A stretch of DNA of 64,000 bases, taken from assembly GCA_964016885.1 (NCBI GenBank), contig OZ024741.1:267716001-267780000 (forward strand), given 5' to 3'. This DNA comes from Eledone cirrhosa (taxonomy: Eukaryota). The position numbers were made by a program, and so were the translations under genes. The notes beneath the pieces were generated by a model. It did no database searches, was not told where the DNA came from, and saw nothing but the letters and a program-made list of their open reading frames with translations. Positions 29,458-44,093 of this stretch are shown here, piece by piece; the stretch's first letter is position 1, and every line of letters starts with the position of its first letter.

Positions 29458-30940
29458 AATAATGTATGGATGTGTATATATGTGTGTGTGTGTATGTGAG
29501 GAATAATGTATGGATGTGTATATATGTGTGTGTGTGTGTGTGAGGAATAATGTATGGATGTGTATATATATGTGTGTGTGTGTGTGAGGAATAATGTATG
29601 GATGTGTATATATGTGTGTGTGTGAGGAATAATGTATGGATGTGTATATATGTGTGTGTGTGTGTGTGAGGAATAATGTATGGATGTGTATATATGTGTG
29701 TGTGTGTGTGTGTGTGTGAGGAATAATGTATGGATGTATATATATATGTGTGTGTGTGTGTGGAATAATGTATGGATGTGTATATATGTGTGTGTGTGTG
29801 TGTGAGGAATAATGTATGGATGTGTATATATATATGTGTGTGTGTGTGAGGAATAATGTATGGATGTGTATATATATATGTGTGTGTGTGTGAGGAATAA
29901 TGTATGGATGTGTATATATGTGTGTGTGTGAGGAATAATGTATGGATGTGTATATATGTGTGTGTGTGTGTGAGGAATAATGTATGGATGTGTATATATA
30001 TGTGTGTGTGTGTGAGGTATAATGTATGGATGTGTATATATATATATGTGTGTGTGAGGAATAATGTATGGATGTGTATATATATGTGTGTGTGTGTGGA
30101 ATAATGTATGGATGTGTATATATGTGTGTGTGTGTGTGTGTGGAATAATGTATGGATGTGTATATATGTGTGTGTGTGTGTGAGGAATAATGTATGGATG
30201 TGTATATATATGTGTGTGTGTGTGTGAGGAATAATGTATGGATGTGTATATATGTGTGTGTGTGTGTGTGAGGAATAATGTATGGATGTGTATATATATA
30301 TGTGTGTGTGTGTGTGGAATAATGTATGGATGTGTATATATGTGTGTGTGTGTGTGAGGAATAATGTATGGATGTGTATATATATGTGTGTGTGTGAGGA
30401 ATAATGTATGGATGTGTATATATATATGTGTGTGTGTGTGGAATAATGTATGGATGTGTATATATGTGTGTGTCTGTGTGTGAGGAATAATGTATGGATG
30501 TGTATATATGTGTGTGTGTGTGTGTGAGGAATAATGTATGGATGTGTATATATGTGTGTGTGTGTGTGTGAGGAATAATGTATGGATGTGTATATATATG
30601 TGTGTGTGTGAGGAATAATGTATGGATGTGTATATATATATGTGTGTGTGTGAGGAATAATGTATGGATGTGTATATATATATGTGTGTGTGTGTGAGGA
30701 ATAATGTATGGATGTGTATATATGTGTGTGTGTATGTGTGTGGAATAATGTATGGATGTGTATATATATGTGTGTGTGTGTGTGTGAGGAATAATGTATG
30801 GATGTGTATATATGTGTGTGTGTGTGTGTGTGAGGAATAATGTATGGATGTGTATATATGTGTGTGTGTGTGTGTGTGAGGAATAATGTATGGATGTGAA
30901 TATATGTGTGTGTGTGTGTGAGGAATAATGTATGGATGTG

Positions 30941-30974
<34 letters not shown>

Positions 30975-31098
30975 GAATAATGTATGGATGTGTATATGTG
31001 TGTGTGTGTGTGTGTGTATGTGTGTGTGTGTGTGTGTGTGAGGAATAATGTATGTATGTGTATATATGTGTGTGTGTGTGTGAGGAATAATGTATGGA

Positions 31099-31130
<32 letters not shown>

Positions 31131-31528
31131 AGGAATAATGTATGGATGTGTATATATATATGTGTGTGTGTGTGGAATAATGTATGGATGTGTATATATA
31201 TATGTGTGTGTGTGTGTGGAATAATGTATGGATGTGTATATATGTGTGTGTGTGAGGAATAATGTATGGATGTGTATATATATATGTGTGTGAGGAATAA
31301 TGTATGGATGTGTATATATATATGTGTGTGTGTGAGGAATAATGTATGGATGTGTATATATATATGTGTGTGTGTGAGGAATAATGTATGGATGTGTATA
31401 TATATATGTGTGTGTCTGTGTGTGAGGAATAATGTATGGATGTGTATATATATGTGTGTGTGTGTGAGGAATAATGTATGAATGTGTATATATATGTGTG
31501 TGTGTGTGAGGAATAATGTATGGATGTG

Positions 31529-31573
<45 letters not shown>

Positions 31574-31764
31574 AATAATGTATGGATGTGTATATGTGTG
31601 TGTGTGTGTGTGTGTGGAATAATGTATGGATGTGTATATATATGTGTGTGTGTGAGGAATAATGTATGGATGTGTATATATATGTGTGTGTGTGTGTGTG
31701 AGGAATAATGTATGGATGTGTATATATGTGTGTGTGTGTGTGTGAGGAATAATGTATGGATGTG

Positions 31765-31809
<45 letters not shown>

Positions 31810-31822
31810 AATAATGTATGGA

Positions 31823-31856
<34 letters not shown>

Positions 31857-31876
31857 AGGAATAATGTATGGATGTG

Positions 31877-31908
<32 letters not shown>

Positions 31909-31972
31909 AGGAATAATGTATGGATGTGTATATATGTGTGTGTGTGTGTGTGAGGAATAATGTATGGATGTG

Positions 31973-32017
<45 letters not shown>

Positions 32018-32030
32018 AATAATGTATGGA

Positions 32031-32064
<34 letters not shown>

Positions 32065-32078
32065 GAATAATGTATGGA

Positions 32079-32110
<32 letters not shown>

Positions 32111-32260
32111 AGGAATAATGTATGGATGTGTATATATATGTGTGTGTGTGAGGAATAATGTATGGATGTGTATATATATGTGTGTGTGTGTGTGTGAGGA
32201 ATAATGTATGGATGTGTATATATGTGTGTGTGTGTGTGTGAGGAATAATGTATGGATGTG

Positions 32261-32305
<45 letters not shown>

Positions 32306-32318
32306 AATAATGTATGGA

Positions 32319-32352
<34 letters not shown>

Positions 32353-33360
32353 AGGAATAATGTATGGATGTGTATATATATGTGTGTGTGTGAGGAATAA
32401 TGTATGGATGTGTATATATATATGTGTGTGTGTGTGTGGAATAATGTATGGATGTGTATATATATGTGTGTGTGTGTGTGGAATAATGTATGGATGTGTA
32501 TATATGTGTGTGTGTGTGTGAGGAATAATGTATGGATGTGTATATATATATGTGTGTGTGTGAGGAATAATGTATGGATGTGTGTATATATATGTGTGTG
32601 TGTGAGGAATAATGTATGGATGTGTATATATATATGTGTGTGTGTGTGTGGAATAATGTATGGATGTGTATATATGTGTGTGTGTGTGTGAGGAATAATG
32701 TATGGATGTGTATATATATATGTGTGTGTGTGTGTGGAATAATGTATGGATGTGTATATATGTGTGTGTGTGTGTGTGTGAGGAATAATATATGGATGTG
32801 TATATATATGTGTGTGTGTGTGTGGAATAATGTATGGATGTGTATATATGTGTGTGTGTGAGGAATAATGTATGGATGTGTATATATATATGTGTGTGTG
32901 TGAGGTATAATGTATGGATGTGTATATATGTGTGTGTGTGTGAGGAATAATGTATGGATGTGTATATATGTGTGTGTGTGTGTGAGGAATAATGTATGGA
33001 TGTGTATATATATGTGTGTGTGTGTGTGAGGAATAATGTATGGATGTGTATATATGTGTGTGTGTGTGTGTGAGGAATAATGTATGGATGTGTATATATA
33101 TGTGTGTGTGTGTGTGAGGAATAATGTATGGATGTGTATATATGTGTGTGTGTGTGTGAGGAATAATGTATGGATGTGTATATATGTGTGTGTGTGTGTG
33201 AGGAATAATGTATGGATGTGTATATATATGTGTGTGTGTGTGTGAGGAATAATGTATGGATGTGTATATATGTGTGTGTGTGTGTGTGAGGAATAATGTA
33301 TGGATGTGTATATATATATGTGTGTGTGTGAGGAATAATGTATGGATGTGTATATATGTG
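29194..33360. repeat. Compound satellite: constant (GA)GGAATAATGTATGGATGTG + (TA)n(TG)m, roughly 100 units
   Basis: Directly visible. Constant block nearly invariant; dinucleotide tracts vary in length. Unit count is estimated from length. Confidence 0.97.
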
Positions 33361-33468
33361 TGTGAGGATGGATGTGTGTATGTGTGTGAGGAATTATGTA
33401 TGTGTGTATATAATGTGTGTGGGGATGGATATGCATGTGTGTATATATATATACATGTGAGGATGTAT

Positions 33469-33500
<32 letters not shown>

Positions 33501-34490
33501 GTGAGGATGGATATGTATGTGTGTGTCTATATGTGTGAGGAATGATGTATGTATGTGTGTGTGTGAGGATGGATATGTATGTGTGTGTCTATGTGTGTGA
33601 GGAATGATGTATGTGTGTGTACATATACATGTGAGGATGTGTGTGTGTGTGAGAAATGATGTATGTATATGTGTATATATGTGTGTGAGGATGGATATGG
33701 ATGCATATGTGTATATGTGTGAGGAATGGTGTACGTGTGTATATATGTATGTGAGGATGGATATGGATGTGTGTGTGTGAGTGAGGAAGGATGTGTGTGT
33801 GTATAAGTGTGAGGAAGGATGTGTGTATATATGTATGTGAGGATGGATATATGTGTGTGTGTGTGTGTGGGCAAATTGATGTGTGTGTGTAAGTGAGAAG
33901 ATTGATGTGTGTGTATGAGTGTGAAGATGTATGCATGTGTGAGTGTAACAATTGATGTTTGTGTGTGTATATATAAATGTGTGGATTGATGTGTGTGTGT
34001 GTATGTGAAGATTCATATGTGGGTGTGTGTAGATTGATGTGTGTGTATAAGTGAGAGTAAATGTAAAGATTGATGTATGTATGTGTGTATGAAGATTGAT
34101 GTGTGTGTGTGAGTATTGATGTGTGTGTGTATATGTGTAAAGATGGATGTGTGTATATGTTTGGGGATTGATGTGTATGTGTGTATAAATGTGTGAAGAT
34201 GGATGTATATGTGTGTGTATATAAGTGTGAAGATGGATGTGTGTATGTGTAGATTGAGGTGTGTGTAAATGTAAGGATTGATGTGTGTATAAATCTGTGA
34301 AGATGGATGTATGTGTGTGTGTATATAAGTGTGAAGATGGATGTGTGTATGTGTAGATTGATGTGTGTGTAAATGTAAGGATTGATGTGTGTATGTGTGT
34401 GTGTATATAAGTGTGAAGATGGATGTGTGTATGTGTAGATTGATGTGTGTGTAAATGTAAGGATTGATGTGTGTATGTGTGTGTGAAGTT
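33361..34490. repeat. Degenerate TG-rich satellite related to the compound satellite
   Basis: Variant spacers gaggatggat, gaggaatgat, gaagatggat and agattgat between TG/TA tracts. Confidence 0.85.
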
Positions 34491-34598
34491 TGATGACTAA
34501 GTACATTGAGAGGCAAATATTATGGACATTGTATGTATGAGTAAAAATTAAATGTGTTGTTACATATTGAAATATGTGTTTGCGTGTGTGTGCATGCG

Positions 34599-34669
<71 letters not shown>

Positions 34670-35045
34670 CTTTCATCAAATCAGACCAAATCTTTCCAAT
34701 TACTAATACCATCTATCGGTCGCAACTTCAGGTATATATCCATATAGACATATGTATGTATGTGAATATATGTGTTTGTATTTATATATACATGTATATA
34801 CATGTATATGTTTGTCAAAATACACACATACATGCATGTATATATATATATATATATATATATCATCATCATCTATAAATAAATATATATGATAAAAATA
34901 TATATATATACACACACATATATATATATACATACATATAAATACACATACATACATATATATACATATATATACATACATATACATACATATATATACA
35001 TATATATACATACATACATACATATATATACATATATATACATAC

Positions 35046-35079
<34 letters not shown>

Positions 35080-35115
35080 ACATACATACATACATATATA
35101 TATACATATATATAC

Positions 35116-35168
<53 letters not shown>

Positions 35169-35207
35169 CTAACACAGCAGCAGCAACTGATGGAACATGG
35201 AAAAGAA

Positions 35208-35450
35208 GAACAACAGAAGCAACAACAACAGAAGCAACAACAACAACAGAAGCAACAACAACAACAGAAGCAACAACAACAACAGAAGCAATAGCAGCAA
35301 CAACAGAAGCAACAACAACAACAGAAGCAACAACAACAACAACAGAAGCAACAACAACAACAACAAAAGCAACAACAACAACAACAACAAAAGCAACAAC
35401 AACAACAACAGAAGCAACAACAACAACAACAGAAGCAATAGCAGCAACAA
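35208..35450. repeat. (CAA)n trinucleotide array with AGAAGC interruptions
   Basis: Directly visible. Confidence 0.95.
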
Positions 35451-35507
35451 TCACAACCTAACTTCAACAATTACAATTCTGGGAGAATCTTTGCTTTCAC
35501 AAAATTA

Positions 35508-37320
35508 GGGGATGCTTCCATCACCATCTCCACCACACACGGCCCACACTCTCCTTTACATTCACACACTTGTTGTTGTCTCACCAAATTGGGGGATGCT
35601 TACATCCCTATCTCCACCACACACGGCCCACACTCTCCTTTACATTCACACACTTGTTGTTGTCTCACCAAATTGGGGGATGCTTCCATCACCATCTCCA
35701 CCACACACGGCCCACACTCTCCTTTACATTCACACACTTGTTGTTGTCTCACCAAATTGGGGGATGCTTACATCCCTATCTCCACCACACACGGCCCACA
35801 CTCTCCTTTACATTCACACACTTGTTGTTGTCTCACCAAATTGGGGGATGCTTACATCCCTATCTCCACCACACACGGCCCACACTCTCCTTTACATTCA
35901 CACACTTGTTGTTGTCTCACCAAATTGGGGGATGCTTACATCCCTATCTCCACCACACACGGCCCACACTCTCCTTTACATTCACACACTTGTTGTTGTC
36001 TCACCAAATTGGGGGATGCTTACATCCCTATCTCCACCACACACGGCCCACACTCTCCTTTACATTCACACACTTGTTGTTGTCTCACCAAATTGGGGGA
36101 TGCTTACATCCCTATCTCCACCACACACGGCCCACACTCTCCTTTACATTCACACACTTGTTGTTGTCTCACCAAATTGGGGGATGCTTACATCCCTATC
36201 TCCACCACACACGGCCCACACTCTCCTTTACATTCACACACTTGTTGTTGTCTCACCAAATTGGGGGATGCTTACATCCCTATCTCCACCACACACGGCC
36301 CACACTCTCCTTTACATTCACACACTTGTTGTTGTCTCACCAAATTGGGGGATGCTTACATCCCTATCTCCACCACACACGGCCCACACTCTCCTTTACA
36401 TTCACACACTTGTTGTTGTCTCACCAAATTGGGGGATGCTTACATCCCTATCTCCACCACACACGGCCCACACTCTCCTTTACATTCACACACTTGTTGT
36501 TGTCTCACCAAATTGGGGGATGCTTACATCCCTATCTCCACCACACACGGCCCACACTCTCCTTTACATTCACACACTTGTTGTTGTCTCACCAAATTGG
36601 GGGATGCTTACATCCCTATCTCCACCACACACGGCCCACACTCTCCTTTACATTCACACACTTGTTGTTGTCTCACCAAATTGGGGGATGCTTCCATCAC
36701 CATCTCCACCACACACGGCCCACACTCTCCTTTACATTCACACACTTGTTGTTGTCTCACCAAATTGGGGGATGCTTCCATCACCATCTCCACCACACAC
36801 GGCCCACACTCTCCTTTACATTCACACACTTGTTGTTGTCTCACCAAATTGGGGGATGCTTACATCCCTATCTCCACCACACACGGCCCACACTCTCCTT
36901 TACATTCACACACTTGTTGTTGTCTCACCAAATTGGGGGATGCTTCCATCACCATCTCCACCACACACGGCCCACACTCTCCTTTACATTCACACACTTG
37001 TTGTTGTCTCACCAAATTGGGGGATGCTTACATCCCTATCTCCACCACACACGGCCCACACTCTCCTTTACATTCACACACTTGTTGTTGTCTCACCAAA
37101 TTGGGGGATGCTTACATCCCTATCTCCACCACACACGGCCCACACTCTCCTTTACATTCACACACTTGTTGTTGTCTCACCAAATTGGGGGATGCTTCCA
37201 TCCCTATCTCCACCACACACGGCCCACACTCTCCTTTACATTCACACACTTGTTGTTGTCTCACCAAATTGGGGGATGCTTACATCCCTATCTCCACCCC
37301 CCCCCCCCACACTCTCCTAA
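35508..37320. repeat. 84-bp minisatellite, ~21.5 copies, two sequence variants
   Basis: Unit ggggatgctt(a/c)catc(c/a)c(t/c)atctccaccacacacggcccacactctcctttacattcacacacttgttgttgtctcaccaaattg. Degenerate copies continue to ~37690. Confidence 0.98.
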
Positions 37321-37979
37321 CATTCACACTTATCATTATTGTCACTTTTCATCCTTATGGAGTTGGGGGTCGATAAAATAAAGTACCAGTAATGCACTGG
37401 GGATTCGATGTAGTCGACTTACCCCTTCCCTTCAAATTGCTGGCCTTGTGCCAAATGTAGAAACAATTATTATTGTCACTTTTGTTGTTGTTGATGTCTC
37501 ACAAAATTGGAGATGCTTGCATTCCCATATCCCCCCCCCCCCCACATACTCTCCTACACACAGACTTGTTGTTATTATTATCACTTTTGTTGTTGTTGTT
37601 GTCTCATAAAATTGAGGATGCTTACAACCCCATCTCCCCATCCCCCTCCACACTTGTTGTTATTATTGTCACTTTTGTTGTTGTTGTTGATTGGATTGGA
37701 TGGGAGAACTAGCCAATATGTAGACTTGGTACTGATGCTGAAGGCTTGCTAAAGCTTAATCTAATGGGAAAACTATAGCCTGTGAAATTGGAGACTTTTT
37801 GGTGAGTCATCTTGCCTTGACAACAGCTATAACCAGGTCAACGATGGTTTGTGTTTTTTTACTTTTCATTTTTAATTTTGTCAATCACTATTAGCATCAT
37901 TTTAGTCTCCATCATCATTAAAAATAACAACAATTCTTCTTCTACTTCTTTTTTTTTTTTGGCGCGGCGGGGGGGGGAG

Positions 37980-38823
37980 GGGTTGGCAGAATCAGTAGAG
38001 TGTTGGACAACATGCTTTGTAGTATAGTTACGTCCCTTTACGTTCTGAGTTCAAATCCCACCGAGGTTAGCTTTATCTTTCATCCTTACGAGGTCGATAA
38101 AATAAAGTACCAGTAATGCACTGGCGTCGATTTAATCAACTTTCCCTTCCCCCAAAATTGCTAGCATTGTGCCTATGGGAGTATCGGTAGAGGGTCGGAC
38201 GCCATGCTTTCCAGCATAGTTACGTCCCTTTACGATCTGAGTTCAAATCCCGCCGAGGTTGACTTTGCCTTTCATCCTTACGGGGTCAATAAAAACAAAG
38301 AACTGTCAAAGTACAAGGATCGATATAATTGACTTTGCCCCTCCCCAAAATTGCTGACCTTGTGGAAATGTTAGAAAGAATTATTATTATTGTAATAATA
38401 ACAATTGGCAGTATCGGTAGAGAGTCGGACATGCTTTCCAGCATAGTTACGTCCCTTTACAATCTGAGTTCAAATCTCACCGAGGTTAACTTTGCCTTTC
38501 ATCCTTACGGGGTCGATAAAATAAAGTACCAGTAATGTACTGAGTAATTGCTGGCCTTGTGCCAAATGTAGAAATTATTATTATTATTATTAGGGTGGTG
38601 AAGTGGCAGTATCGGCAGTATTGGTAGAGCGTCAGACATGCTTTATGGCATTGTGTTATGTCCCTTTACGTTCTGAGTTCAAATCCTGCCAAGGTTAGCT
38701 TTGCTTTTCACCCTTACAGGGTCAATAAATAAAGCACCAGTAATACACTGGGGTCAATTTAATTGACTTTCCCCTCCTCCTTCAAATTGCTAGCCTTGTG
38801 TCAAAATTAGAAATCATTATTAT
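37980..38823 (+). mobile_element. Four head-to-tail tRNA-derived SINEs
   Basis: A/B boxes and core repeated at ~37980, 38180, 38405 and 38592. Confidence 0.85.
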
Positions 38824-40289
38824 CAGTTTAATTCTTGGTTTTAAAAGGTGAAAAATTGATTCGATCTTTGTGATGAGAAACCAGCGGCCATTCCTTGGCC
38901 TTTTAATGAAGATTAAAGTGTCATATCAAAGTGTATTATGCCAAGGTCAATTATATTGATAGTATCTCTTTATAAATGCTTACAGCATTGTTGTGAAAAA
39001 TGTGTAGTATAAGAGTGTAGACTTTAATTTTTTCATGTGATGTAGCTATAGTGATGCTTTATACTTTTCAAGAATGCTTTGCTAATGCAGTTTCATGTGG
39101 TACAGGATGTTAAGAGTTTAATGTTTTGGGAATATTTAGTTAAGTCATTTGACATTATCAATTCAAACTCTATTGAGGTTGACTTTATCTTTCAACTTTT
39201 CAAGGACAATAAAATAAATAATTTTCAGTGAAATTTATTGTTAATATAATATATATACCCCCCACCCCACCCCCCAAAAAAACACACAGAAAAAAAAGGT
39301 TGGTCATAACTGGACTGTCTTTTATCATATGTCTGCTTCCTCATGGCTAACCTAGGGTTAACAAACAAATCATTATCATCATTACTGTTTTACGCCTGTT
39401 ATTCCATGCTTGCATGGGTTGGACAGGTCCGTTCCAGTGCAGCATCTCTCCATTTGTCTTAGTCCTTCGTCAACCCAGCTGTGAGATTCAGTGATACATT
39501 AAAAATCATTCCTGGTTGAATGGTTTACTTAAAATATATAGTTATGAGCTGACTGCAGAGCACAACTGGTAGAGAGCACTTACTTTTGGTAGTCATCATT
39601 TATTTATTTTTCATTTATTTAAATTTGAAGGTGTGAGTGTCCCAAATTCAGAAAATGCCTGCAACAACGGTTGATCACTATAAATAATAGTTGAGAAAAA
39701 GTAAAATACTCTTACAGACAGAAAAAATGGACAATAGCCCCTGTGCAGAATCATTTATTTATATATAATTATTTTTATATACATGATTGGTGATCTACAC
39801 AATAAATGCATCCAGTACACTCTGTAAAGTGATTTGTGATAAGAAGGGCATCCAACCATAAAAAAAATCCCCTGCCAAACAAAGAATCAGGAGAACTTTT
39901 CAGCAATATGAAAGATATGACAACTTCTCAAGAATTGGTGGCATGATAAAATGTACTTGGTCTAGCGTGGGATTGTATATCTGGTCCCAGGCAGCTGATA
40001 AAGTACGGGAATGTATGTAAACATGATGCTCCTGGCCCATTAGTGTTTTCATATGAGTACTGACCTGTCTGTAATGACATGTCCAACCCTTGCTAGCAGG
40101 GAAAATGGATGTTAAACAATGATGATGATAAGGATGATGGTGTTGATACTTCTATATCATAATTACTCTGAAGGGTCTTTGGAGAAATGTTATTCTATAG
40201 AGTGTCGTTCTGGGTGGAGTTACTACTTCTCCGAATTGAGAAATCACAGCTCCAGTATTATAATCATGTGGTTAAAATGTCTAAGGAAA

Positions 40290-40510
40290 GAATCAGTGGA
40301 CAGATTTTATAGGCAAAAACCAACTGGCAGGAAACCCAGATGTAGACCATGAGCAAGATGGTTGGATAACATCCATAAGCTTGGCTGGTCCTGCTTGGGA
40401 ATCCAGCCAGGTCAATTGAAGATGGTTGCTTCTGATAGGACTCACTAGAAGGCTTGTTTGAGGACTCTGCCCCCATGACCCTCCCAGGAATAAGTGGGCA
40501 AAGAAGACAT
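40290..40510 (+). mobile_element. Expander/Rex3-like RTE 3' remnant
   Basis: QKPTGRKPRCRP*ARWLDNIHKLGWSCLGIQP...RTLPP.P resembles the RTE/Expander C-terminus. Confidence 0.5.
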
Positions 40511-40699
40511 TCAATGTAAACCCTGACCCTTTTTGTAATTTATTCTTATAATGTCCCTTGATGTAATAAAAAAAATCATCATTATCATCATTAATAATTA
40601 TTATTAAGGTTAGTTTTGCCATTCATTCTTACAAGGTCGATATAATTGATTTTTCCCTTCTCCCAAAATTGCTGGCCCTAAGTCAATACTAGAAAAATA

Positions 40700-40925
40700 A
40701 GGGCGTTGGATTGGCAGTATTAGTAGATTGTCAGACAACATGCTTTGCAGCATATAGTTACAGCCCTTTACATTCCGAGTTCAAATCCCACCAAGATTAG
40801 CTTTACCTTTCAACCTTACGGGCTCCATAAAATAAAGTACAAATAATGCATTGGGGGCGATTTAATCAAATTTCCCATTCCCTTCAAATTGCTGGCCTTG
40901 TGCCAAAAGTAGAAAGAATTATTAT
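40700..40925 (+). mobile_element. tRNA-derived SINE
   Basis: ggattggcagtattagtaga...gagttcaaatccc...ggccttgtgccaaaagtagaaag. Confidence 0.8.
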
Positions 40926-41210
40926 CAATATTACTGTTGCTATTGTTATTGTTGTTGTTAATATTACTGAATCTTCAGGACATTTTCCCCTTGTTCATTA
41001 TACACTATCAGGTTTTATAGTAACTGTTGTTTTTTTTTAGATTTCTTAATAACTTTGATAATAGCTTGCAAGATCAATATGTGTGTATATGTGTGGATTG
41101 ATCAACTACTAAAGAAAAAAAAAATCAATTAATAGATTCAATAATATTGATGATGATGATGATGATAATGATCATGAGGTAAAAAATAATAACAACAATA
41201 TTAATTGTAA

Positions 41211-42800
41211 TAATTGTTTCTACTTTTGGCACAAGGCCAGCAATTTCCCAGTGTATTACTGGTACTTTATTTTATCAACCCCGTAAGGATGAAAGGCAAA
41301 GTTAACCTCGGCGGGATTTGAACTCAGAATGGCAAGGGCCGTATATCTATGCGTCAAAGCATGGCGTCCGACCCTCTACCGATACTGCCAATCCACCAAT
41401 AACGATGGTTTTTAATTGAGGCCGAAGGCCAGCAATTTTGGGTGATGGGAAAGTTGATTAAATCAACCTCAATACTTAACTGGTACTTTATCGGCCCCAG
41501 AGGGATGGATGACAAAGTTGACTTTGGTAGGATTTGAACTTAGAAAGTGATGAGCTAAAACAAATACTGCTAAGTATATCTCAAAACTCAAACAACTCTG
41601 CCAATCAATTGCTCTAATAATAATTGTTTCTACTTTAGGCACAAGGCCAGCAATTTGAAGGGAGGAGTCGATTAAATCGACCTCGGTGCATTACTGTTAC
41701 TTTATTTTATCAATCCCGTAAGAATGAAAGGCTAAGCTAACCTTGGTGGGATTTGAACTCAGAATGTAAAGGGCGAGAAAAATATTGCTAAATATTTGTC
41801 TGATGTCTAACAACTCTGCCAAACCAACAGCAATAATAGTAACAACTTAAGTAAAATATAATAATGGTTTCTACTTTTGGTACAAGGCTAGCAATTACAC
41901 CAGTGCATTACTGGTGCTTTATTTTATCGACCCTGTAAGGATGAAAGGCAAAGTTAACCTCGGTGGGATTTGAACTCAGAATGGCAAGGGCCGTAACTCT
42001 ATGCGTCAAAGCATGGCATCCAACCCTCTACCGATACTTATAATAATAATAATGCTTTGTAATTTAGGCAAAAGGTCAGTAACTTTGAGGAAGAGGTTAG
42101 TTGATTACATTGACCCTAGTACATGACTGGTACTTTATTTTATCCACCCCAAAAGAATGAAAGACTAAGTTGACATCAGCATGTAAGAATCGGAACTATG
42201 TAAATAAAAAGAATGTAAGAAAATAGAAAAATATCAATACATTAAATAAGAAATTCAGAAAATCTGGAATTGCCATTAAGTTGTTATCATTCTAATTGTT
42301 ATAGAAGTCTTAAGAACAGTGGCAGGGCATTTAAATAGCTGATTTAAAATGTTTGATATAGATGAGAATTTCCTGACTCTTGAGAAAGGCCTATTTGCTT
42401 GACACAGCAAAGAAAGATGCTAGACAGCTAAGGCTACAGGATGCTGAATACAACTTACTGTCTAACAAACCAATATCAGCAAAACCACAATGATATGCTA
42501 GTGAAAAAGGAGATGATAGTGATGATAATACTCTTTTAATCTTTTACCTGTTCCAGCCATCTGGCTGAGGCCATGCTGGGGCACCACCCTTTGATAATGA
42601 TAATAATGATTTCTACTTTAGGCACCAGTAATTTTTTGGTGGGAGGGAAAGTCGATTAAATGAACACCAATTTGTTACTGGTACTTTATTTTATCGACTT
42701 CATAAGGATGAAAAGCAAAGCTAACCATGACAAGATTTGAACTCAGAACGTTAAGGGCCATAACTCTATGTTGAAAAGCATGGTGTCTGATGCTCTACCA
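41211..42800 (-). mobile_element. Cluster of ~6 minus-strand tRNA-derived SINEs
   Basis: Copies at about 41211, 41405, 41618, 41862, 42050 and 42604. Confidence 0.85.
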
Positions 42801-42849
42801 ATAATAATAATAATAATAATATAATATATCATTTATGCTTTTGAAGAGA

Positions 42850-43208
42850 TACTCTTGAGACTCGAATAATCGTTCATTAATTTTCCAGATCTCTCCCCCA
42901 CCCCCACCCTTATTCCACCTCCCACGCCCCACCAAAATTTTATTTTAAGTGGTAGCATTCCAGCAACAATTAATTTTCTTTTGACATTAAAAAACATACG
43001 ACAAAAAAAAAAGAAATCCCATACGTTATAAAATAAATAGGATGGGGTTGGGGTCTCGATATGTAATCTAAACAACTAGTTCTGGTTTTTTAAAAAATCA
43101 AGGGAGACAACCTAAAAAAATTATCGATTTTCTACCACACCTACCCCACTTATTCCACCCCCACAGTAGCTTATCCCCCCCCCCCCATTATTTGGGACCC
43201 GAGAGTAT
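42850..43208. mobile_element. MITE with ~22-bp terminal inverted repeats and TA ends
   Basis: Left atactcttgagactcgaataat vs right attatttgggacccgagagtat (reverse complement atactctcgggtcccaaataat). Confidence 0.65.
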
Positions 43209-43869
43209 GAAAATTCCTTCCGTTTTTTAGGAAGCAAAGACAAATAATTTTTTTTCTTTGCTTGTTCCAGTATGTAATGCAACATGCAACATTTTGAAAC
43301 TTTTGTTACACAATAAAAGTTCCTTTGGAAGACAATTTCTGTTTAGATATTCAATATTATTCAATATGCTTGAAAATGTGTCTGTAACATGTAAAAATGT
43401 CAAAATATTTTCATTTGGCATAATTTGTATGTATATGTCAATGTAATTGATGTTGAAACAACAGACAGGTTTATTTCAGTCTGCCTGGTACTGACACCAG
43501 ATAAATATAAAAACTGGAAATTACGCAACCATTACAAAATAAAAACAGCTATAAACTATGGAAGGAGATAATGTAACAATACTTTGGGATTTCCCAGTTA
43601 GCACAAACCAGACGATTCAAGCTAACAGATCAGATATCATCATCAATTAATTGATGTGTGTATATCATCAGATAAAAAACATATCAATAAAAGATTTTGA
43701 AGAACTAAGCAGATACAAAGACCTAGATACAGGTTGATACACAATAAAAACTAAGTATATATATATATACTTAGTTTCTTTCTATCTAAAAACAGGTTTG
43801 TTAATTCAAATGTTTATAGTATCTTTACTAGTTGACAGATCATTGAGAAAATATTTATAGGATATCACG

Positions 43870-44093
43870 ATGTTAGCTGGTGAGCCTTAAGGAAATTGGG
43901 AGTAGGTGAGTGGCTGATGAGAGCAGTGCAAGCCATGTACACAAGTGCAGTCAGCTAAGTAAGAGTAGGTAATGAGTTTAGTGAGAAATTCAAAATGCAG
44001 GTAGGTGTTCATCAAGATTCAGTCCTCCAGGCCATAACTGAGGAATTTACAACAGGAAGTACATGGGGACTTCTGGTTCTTATTGCTGAATCA
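43870..44093 (+). mobile_element. RTE RT fragment ending in a fold-back
   Basis: W*ALRKLGVGEWLMRAVQAMY..VGVHQ; the last 50 nt are copied in inverted orientation (44095-44144). Confidence 0.75.

Noticed and set aside
29194-33360. CRISPR-like look (constant repeat plus variable spacer)
   Set aside because: Spacers are only (TA)n(TG)m, there are no cas genes, and the context is eukaryotic.
35169-35508. Poly-Leu, poly-Asn and mucin-like EATTTT ORFs
   Set aside because: Translations of a (CAA)n repeat.
35512-37381. Three ~600-aa repetitive ORFs
   Set aside because: They follow from an 84-bp unit lacking stops; there is no splice or domain support and no frame preference.
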